From contig VXNX01000013.1 of assembly GCA_009840385.1 (NCBI GenBank), forward strand, positions 198,222-262,221: a stretch of DNA of 64,000 nt. The letters are read 5' to 3'. This DNA comes from Candidatus Dadabacteria bacterium (GTDB lineage Bacteria > Desulfobacterota_D > UBA1144 > Nemesobacterales > Nemesobacteraceae). This document shows, in pieces, positions 56,674 through 64,000 of the stretch. Each line of letters opens with the position of its first letter. Position 1 is the stretch's first letter. The translations under genes and the position numbers were made by a program. Under the pieces are notes generated by a model. The model was not told the origin of the DNA. It worked only from the letters and a program-made list of their open reading frames with translations, and ran no database searches.

Positions 56674-59600
56674 CTAATAGTAGCTTTGCAAAGCCTTTAC
56701 CTCGAGGCCGCTTCTCACAAGAGCCTCAATCGCACCGACTCCGGCAACTGCGCCGGCAAGAGTCGTGAAGTAAGGAACGTTGTTTACAAGCGCGGTCCTT
56801 CTTATTGAATAAGATTGCGCGATCTCCTTTTTCCCGAAAGTGGTGTTTATAACCAACTGGACCTCACCGTTTTTAAGGTGATCGACTATGTGGGGACGGC
56901 CCTGCTTTACCTTTTTTACTGTCCGGGAAAATATACCATTTTTATTAAGAAATTCCGACGTGCCCCCGGTAGCCATTATATCAAAACCGGTATCGCTGAG
57001 CCTTTGGGCTATATCAACCATCTTGGCTGACTTGTCCTCGTCCTTTACGCTTATGAAAGCCACCCCTCCCGATGGAAGGCTGTTGCCGGCCGCGATCTGG
57101 GACTTGGCAAACGCCTGGTCAAGGTCGGGAGCAATCCCCATGACCTCGCCGGTGGATTTCATCTCCGGACCCAGAATCGTGTCGACTTCCGGGAACTTGA
57201 CGAAGGGAAAGACCGATTCCTTCACGCAGTAGTGCTCCGGGACGATTTCCTCCGTGTAGCCGAGTTCCTCAAGAGATTTTCCAGTCATCACTTTGGTCCC
57301 TATTTTAGCTAACTGAACCCCTATGGCCTTACTCACGAAAGGAACGGTGCGGCTCGCTCTGGGGTTTACCTCGATTATGTAAACCTTTCCGTCCTTTACG
57401 GCAAACTGGATGTTAACAAGCCCTTTTACATCCAGAGAAAGAGCAAGTTTTTTCGTCTGGGATTTTATTTCCTCGACAATCTCAGGTTCCATCGAAAACG
57501 GGGGCAGAATCGCCGCGCTGTCCCCGGAATGAACCCCTGCTTCCTCAATGTGCTCAAGCACTCCGCCCACAACAACGGTTTTACTGTCGCAAACTGCATC
57601 CACGTCGACTTCCTTTGCGTCCTTTAGAAACTTGTCTATCAATATCGGGTGGTTCGGCGAAACGCTCGCGGCTTCCTGTATGTAAGTCCGAAGAGACTCT
57701 TCGTCGTAAACTATCTCCATGGCACGACCACCCAGAACGTAAGACGGGCGGACCATGACCGGATATCCTATTTCGCGGGCTATGCCAATGGCTTCCCCCT
57801 CGCTTCTCGCGGTATCGCTCTGGGGCTGAAGCAGATCAAGGTCAGAAACGAGCTTTCTGAACCTGTCTCTGTCCTCGGCAAGATCTATGCTCTCGGGGGA
57901 AGTTCCTATTATCTTCACCCCCTCCTCCTCAAGCGCGAGTGCAAGGCGAAGAGGAGTCTGGCCTCCTAAATGAACTATAACTCCCCAAGGATCTTCCCTT
58001 CTTATCAGAGCCAAGGTGTCTTCAAGCGTAAGCGGTTCAAAATAAAGCCTGTCCGAGGTGTCGTAATCCGTGCTCACGGTCTCGGGATTGCAGTTAACCA
58101 TAACGGCCTCGTACCCTTCTTCCCGAAGCGCAAAAGACGCGTGCACGCAGCAGTAGTCAAACTCTATGCCCTGACCTATGCGGTTCGGTCCCCCGCCGAG
58201 TATCACAACTTTTTTTCTGTCCGTGGGAAACGCTTCGCTTTCGCTCTCGAAAGTCGAGTAGAGATAAGGCGTGTAGGCCTCAAACTCGGCGGCGCAAGTA
58301 TCAACCATCTTAAAAGCAGGCTCAATTCCCTCGCGCAGGCGGAAATCCCTCACTTCCCCTTCTTCCATGGAAAGAATCTTCGCGACCTCAATGTCGGAAA
58401 AACCGTGGCGCTTGGCCTGTAGTATGGTCTCGCGGTTAAGCCCATCCTTCGCAATATCAGATTCGAAATCGACAATCTGCTTTATATTCCGAAGAAACCA
58501 GGGGTCCACATGAGAAATCGAGTAGATTTCCTCCAAGTGCATGCCCAGACGAAACGCGTCGGCTATGTACCAGAGTCGACGAGGGGATGGAACCCTGAGT
58601 TCTTCCCTTACCTCTTCGGGGTCATCAGACACCTTCTCGAAACCGTAGGAATCTATCTCAAGAGATCTCATCGCCTTCTGCAGGGATTCCTTGAAAGTCC
58701 TTCCCATGGACATGGCTTCCCCCACTGATTTCATCTGTGTGGTGAGAGTCGGGCTCGTCTGCGGAAACTTCTCAAACGCGAACCTAGGTATCTTCACCAC
58801 AACGTAATCTATCGTCGGCTCAAAAGACGCGGGGGTGTACTTCGTTATATCGTTTGAGATCTCATCGAGAGAATAGCCAACCGCAAGCTTAGCGGCTATC
58901 TTGGCGATCGGAAACCCGGTGGCTTTTGAGGCAAGCGCGGAGCTTCGCGAAACCCTCGGATTCATTTCTATTACCATCATCCGTCCGTCTTTGGGATTAA
59001 CAGCGAACTGGATGTTTGAGCCGCCTGTTTCAACGCCGATTTCCCTTATTATCGCTATGGACGCGTCGCGCATATGCTGGTATTCCTTGTCGGTAAGAGT
59101 CTGCGCAGGAGCTACCGTTATGCTGTCTCCCGTGTGAACACCCATGGCGTCGAAATTCTCTATGGAGCAGATTATGACGACGTTATCCATGTGATCCCGC
59201 ATTACCTCGTATTCAAATTCCTTCCACCCCACTATGGATTCCTCTATTAGTATCTCGCTTGCCGGAGAACTTTCGATTCCCGCCTTGGCAAACTCTTGGA
59301 ATTCCTCCTTGTTGTAGGCAACGCTTCCGCCGGTTCCTCCAAGGGTAAAAGAAGGCCGTATAATGACCGGAAACCCTATCTCATCCACAACGTTCCAAGC
59401 CTCTTCCATGTTATGCGCGATGCCGCTTTTCGGCACCTCAAGACCTATGTCGGCTATCGCTTTTTTGAAAAGATCCCTGTTCTCGGCTTTTTTTATCGCG
59501 GGAATTTTCGCACCTATGAGTTCCACGCCGTGGCGCTCGAGCACGCCCGACTCGGCAAGCGAAACGGCGAGGTTAAGTGCCGTCTGTCCGCCTATTGTGG

Positions 59601-59862
59601 GCAGAAGGGCGTCGGGCTTTTCCTTCTCTATTATTTTTTCCAGTATTTCGGGAACCAGCGGTTCCACGTAAGTGCTGTCGGCAAAGTCCGGGTCGGTCAT
59701 TATGGTGGCCGGGTTGCTGTTTACCAGAACCACCCTGTAGCCTTCTTCCTTCAGCACCTTGCACGCCTGAGTGCCCGAATAGTCAAACTCGCAGGCCTGT
59801 CCTATCACTATCGGACCGGAGCCGATGACCATTATGGTTTTTATGTCAGTTCGCTTGGGCAT
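56674..59862 (-). CDS. carB: Carbamoyl-phosphate synthase large subunit
   Basis: 1062 aa, duplicated ATP-grasp modules, [30 protein letters not shown]. Confidence 0.97.
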   Translation of the reverse strand: MPKRTDIKTIMVIGSGPIVIGQACEFDYSGTQACKVLKEEGYRVVLVNSNPATIMTDPDFADSTYVEPLVPEILEKIIEKEKPDALLPTIGGQTALNLAVSLAESGVLERHGVELIGAKIPAIKKAENRDLFKKAIADIGLEVPKSGIAHNMEEAWNVVDEIGFPVIIRPSFTLGGTGGSVAYNKEEFQEFAKAGIESSPASEILIEESIVGWKEFEYEVMRDHMDNVVIICSIENFDAMGVHTGDSITVAPAQTLTDKEYQHMRDASIAIIREIGVETGGSNIQFAVNPKDGRMMVIEMNPRVSRSSALASKATGFPIAKIAAKLAVGYSLDEISNDITKYTPASFEPTIDYVVVKIPRFAFEKFPQTSPTLTTQMKSVGEAMSMGRTFKESLQKAMRSLEIDSYGFEKVSDDPEEVREELRVPSPRRLWYIADAFRLGMHLEEIYSISHVDPWFLRNIKQIVDFESDIAKDGLNRETILQAKRHGFSDIEVAKILSMEEGEVRDFRLREGIEPAFKMVDTCAAEFEAYTPYLYSTFESESEAFPTDRKKVVILGGGPNRIGQGIEFDYCCVHASFALREEGYEAVMVNCNPETVSTDYDTSDRLYFEPLTLEDTLALIRREDPWGVIVHLGGQTPLRLALALEEEGVKIIGTSPESIDLAEDRDRFRKLVSDLDLLQPQSDTARSEGEAIGIAREIGYPVMVRPSYVLGGRAMEIVYDEESLRTYIQEAASVSPNHPILIDKFLKDAKEVDVDAVCDSKTVVVGGVLEHIEEAGVHSGDSAAILPPFSMEPEIVEEIKSQTKKLALSLDVKGLVNIQFAVKDGKVYIIEVNPRASRTVPFVSKAIGVQLAKIGTKVMTGKSLEELGYTEEIVPEHYCVKESVFPFVKFPEVDTILGPEMKSTGEVMGIAPDLDQAFAKSQIAAGNSLPSGGVAFISVKDEDKSAKMVDIAQRLSDTGFDIMATGGTSEFLNKNGIFSRTVKKVKQGRPHIVDHLKNGEVQLVINTTFGKKEIAQSYSIRRTALVNNVPYFTTLAGAVAGVGAIEALVRSGLEVKALQSYY

Positions 59863-60062
59863 GGAACGGAAAAGCTTGTAACAGGTTGCAAATATATACT
59901 TAATAACACGCTGACAGGCAACACGGAGAAATTGCTGCTTTCCGTTTTAGAGTCCATTTTTAATTGGTCTCGCTGACATATAGCGGATGCCTCAGCATTT
60001 CGCTTTTGTATGTATCAAGATGCGTATAATTTATGGGAATTACATACATAAATAAAAAGAGA

Positions 60063-60123
60063 TTGGTATGTTTGTATTCTGTACCATGTAGGATACGAAC
60101 GGGGTATAATACAAACATACCAA
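60063..60123 (+). promoter_or_regulatory. Perfect 15-bp inverted repeat (TGGTATGTTTGTATT / AATACAAACATACCA) enclosing a TATAAT box upstream of the lipoprotein gene; candidate operator
   Basis: Arms at 60064-60078 and 60109-60123. The TATAAT at 60105-60110 overlaps the right arm. The gene ATG is at 60140. A second TATAAT lies at 60025-60030. Confidence 0.4.
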
Positions 60124-60139
60124 CCAAAGAGGATTTTAC

Positions 60140-60769
60140 ATGAGAAATATAGCCATAGCAGTATTGATTTTTATGATGGGAACGACAATGGTGGGCTGCG
60201 GTGATGATTCTAACGCTACAAGTGAACCGGTATCAAAAGAACCGGTAAAGATGACGGCGTTTTTTGCCACTATCACAAACGGCAATGATGTCTGTGAAAG
60301 CCTTGATCTTGATTTCTATTTCGATGAAGACCCTGTTGCCGGATTGGAAATTGGAAAACCCAATATCAGAATACTAAGGTCAGGTGAAACCGTGGAAAAC
60401 GCAACCTACGGCCATATAGGAATTGATCTCGGTAACGTGCTCACCACTGCATACGTGCTTCGAGACCAAGACGGAAACTTTGCAACACCGGGATCCACTT
60501 ATGTCATGACTCGAATAGATACCGATATCAGTCAGGAAGAAATTTATACCGGTCTATGGGTTGGACAAGCAGTTCGTACTCCCGGTAATCCCCTTGTGAT
60601 TTGTCCGGTTGTCCTGATACCGGAGGGAACGGTGGGAAAGGACGCTTGTGGGATGTCTCCTACTGACGTAACCGGCATGGATGAAGGTTTGAGTAAATAT
60701 CTTCTGAATGAGGATGGGACTCTTAATACTTGTAAAAGTTTCTTGAAGGATGGCGTGTTCAGTTATTGA
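60140..60769 (+). CDS. Hypothetical lipoprotein
   Basis: Signal peptide plus lipobox TMVGCG. 209 aa with no recognised domain. GC is lower than the core genes. Confidence 0.55.
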   Translation: MRNIAIAVLIFMMGTTMVGCGDDSNATSEPVSKEPVKMTAFFATITNGNDVCESLDLDFYFDEDPVAGLEIGKPNIRILRSGETVENATYGHIGIDLGNVLTTAYVLRDQDGNFATPGSTYVMTRIDTDISQEEIYTGLWVGQAVRTPGNPLVICPVVLIPEGTVGKDACGMSPTDVTGMDEGLSKYLLNEDGTLNTCKSFLKDGVFSY

Positions 60770-60783
60770 ATGGAATGATAAGA

Positions 60784-60825
60784 AGTGGAGGTGACGGGTC
60801 TCGAACCCGCAACTTCCCGGCCTCG
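60784..60825 (-). pseudogene. tRNA 3'-end fragment (T-arm plus acceptor 3' strand), no matching 5' half
   Basis: Reverse complement reads CGAGGCCGGGAAGTTGCGGGTTCGAGACCCGTCACCTCCA. It has a GGTTCGAGACC T-loop/stem and a CCA-like terminus. The upstream sequence cannot form the D or anticodon arms. Confidence 0.4.
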
Positions 60826-60847
60826 TTTATTATTGTGTAAATAATAA
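60823..60847. repeat. Perfect 10-bp stem hairpin (GTTTATTATT-gtgta-AATAATAAAC)
   Basis: Palindrome read directly from the sequence. It abuts the tRNA fragment. Confidence 0.6.
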
Positions 60848-61254
60848 ACTTAGTGGGCTATTTCCCCGGTTAATACTACACCCCCGCTTCTTACTCTATT
60901 ATAACATGATAATACGAAAAAGTTAATAGTTAGAGGGGCTTAAAAGTGAAAAAGGATAAATTTTTAGGGGAGGAAAAAACTTTTCATGAATTGGGTTCTT
61001 TCTGGATGTAATAGTGTATAGGGTTTTTTATTTAAGTATGTAATTCCCAAATTTAGTGTCCGGTTTTTACGAAACTGCTGGCCAACGTCTACGTGCGTAC
61101 CAGTCTCCGGCTCCTAGGGTTCGTGAAGATCGAATTGATCCAGAAAGTGTTACTCCAGAGGGGCTACAACGTACAACTAAAGAAGAAAAATCCGAACACA
61201 CATAACCATCATGATTTGGTAGTTAAAACCAAAATAAAATGTAAAAACGTTTAT

Positions 61255-63186
<1,932 letters not shown>

Positions 63187-63245
63187 TTATAAGCCCCTTT
63201 ACAAATAATTTGGACGACAAAAAACTCCGGTTATCAATGGAAATG

Positions 63246-64000
63246 TCAGCGGGAAATCCTGTAGACAGCGTCTCTGCGGTCATCGGATACAAGCAAAGCT
63301 CCGTCCGGGGCAACGAGTACATCAACGGGCCTCCCCCAAGCGGTCCCGTCGCTTCCGAGCCACCCCTGGGCAAACACGTCGTATGAAGCCGCGTTCCCCG
63401 ATTGATTGAGGCGCACCGCGGTCACCCTGTAACCTGCGGGCACGCTTCTGTTCCAAGATCCGTGCTCCGCGATGAAAATCGCGTTTCTCCAAGACACGGG
63501 GAACATGGAACCCGTGTAAAACCGCATGCCGAGCGCCGCAACGTGCGCGGGAAGTTCCCACTGAGGAAAAACAAACTCGTCGCAACCGCGCTCCGAGCCG
63601 AACTGCGGATCCTGAACATCCGCCCCGTGGCAGTAAGGAAAACCGAAATGAAGTCCGGATTCCCCGGCGCGGTTAAGTTCATCCGGAGGGCTGTTATCAT
63701 TAATTTCCCGATCGCTACTGATATTATCTCTTCCGTTATCCGTAAACCAGAGCACACCGGATTCCGGGTGCCAGTCAAAACCCACGGTGTTTCTCACTCC
63801 GTGGGCGAAAACCTCAAGATTCGATCCGTCGGGATCGATTCTCAGGATCGCGGCGTAGCGCTCGTCGTCTCTTTTGCAGACGTTGCACGGCGCTCCGACC
63901 GGAACGTAGAGTTTTCCGTCCGGTCCGAATCGGATGAACTTCCACCCGTGATGCGTATCCCTCGGGAGCGTGTCAATTACAACCACGGGGTCCGGAGGAG
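63246..64000 (-). CDS. PQQ-dependent soluble sugar (glucose/sorbosone-type) dehydrogenase beta-propeller, N-terminus outside the window
   Basis: …DGKLYVPVG…, HGVRN…GFDWHP…G.LWFTDNGRD and …AEHGSWNRS… motifs are typical of the YliI/sorbosone dehydrogenase family. GC is higher (~58%). Confidence 0.65.
   Translation of the reverse strand, partial: PPDPVVVIDTLPRDTHHGWKFIRFGPDGKLYVPVGAPCNVCKRDDERYAAILRIDPDGSNLEVFAHGVRNTVGFDWHPESGVLWFTDNGRDNISSDREINDNSPPDELNRAGESGLHFGFPYCHGADVQDPQFGSERGCDEFVFPQWELPAHVAALGMRFYTGSMFPVSWRNAIFIAEHGSWNRSVPAGYRVTAVRLNQSGNAASYDVFAQGWLGSDGTAWGRPVDVLVAPDGALLVSDDRRDAVYRISR

Larger units (their letters stand above)
60034..61049. mobile_element. Candidate ~1 kb inverted-repeat-flanked AT-rich cassette (MITE-like or decayed insertion) between carB and thiC
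   Basis: Perfect 14-bp terminal inverted repeats: TGGGAATTACATAC at 60034-60047 and its reverse complement GTATGTAATTCCCA at 61036-61049, extendable to 16/17. The interior is AT-rich relative to the flanks. It holds a lipoprotein gene, a tRNA 3' fragment and a hairpin, but no transposase. Confidence 0.35.

Overview
The window is a ~48-52% GC Gram-negative chromosomal segment that is mostly housekeeping genes. Supported genes include nuoABCD, cobB, pdxA-tatD-nrdR-glyA, uvrA, tRNA-Asn, rpoH, two OmpA-like beta-barrel OMPs, alaS, rplU-rpmA, thpR, tolB, lgt-lnt, hisDC, ptsH, an MqnC/E-type radical SAM gene, eda, fur, efp, mutL, htrA, aroK, ribE, lspA, a tonB-like gene, greA, carB and thiC. Its left end (1-~10,100) is compositionally foreign. 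It starts with the 5'-truncated tail of a ~66% GC modular type I PKS gene with domain order cMT-ER-KR-ACP-KS-AT. Three of its domains lack catalytic residues: the KS has NIGY in place of NIGH, the AT has GHGTG in place of GHSxG and no catalytic His, and the KR has NHAAAN in place of NYAAAN. The PKS stops right after the post-AT linker. It is followed by a discrete carrier protein, an Sfp-type PPTase, an alpha/beta-hydrolase and an NCS2-type permease with a C-terminal extension, and this group abuts nuoD. A second anomaly lies between carB and thiC. It is a ~1 kb AT-rich segment (60034-61049) bounded by perfect 14-bp terminal inverted repeats. It carries a lipoprotein gene, a 15-bp inverted-repeat operator over a TATAAT box, a tRNA 3' fragment and a perfect 10-bp hairpin. 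Other points of interest are an EF-P with an atypical modification loop, an eda-hypothetical-secreted Tyr/Gly/Asn-rich protein operon, a Fur-adjacent 433-aa nitroreductase-fold protein and a triple-repeat secreted protein. No CRISPR arrays, integrases or transposases were seen.
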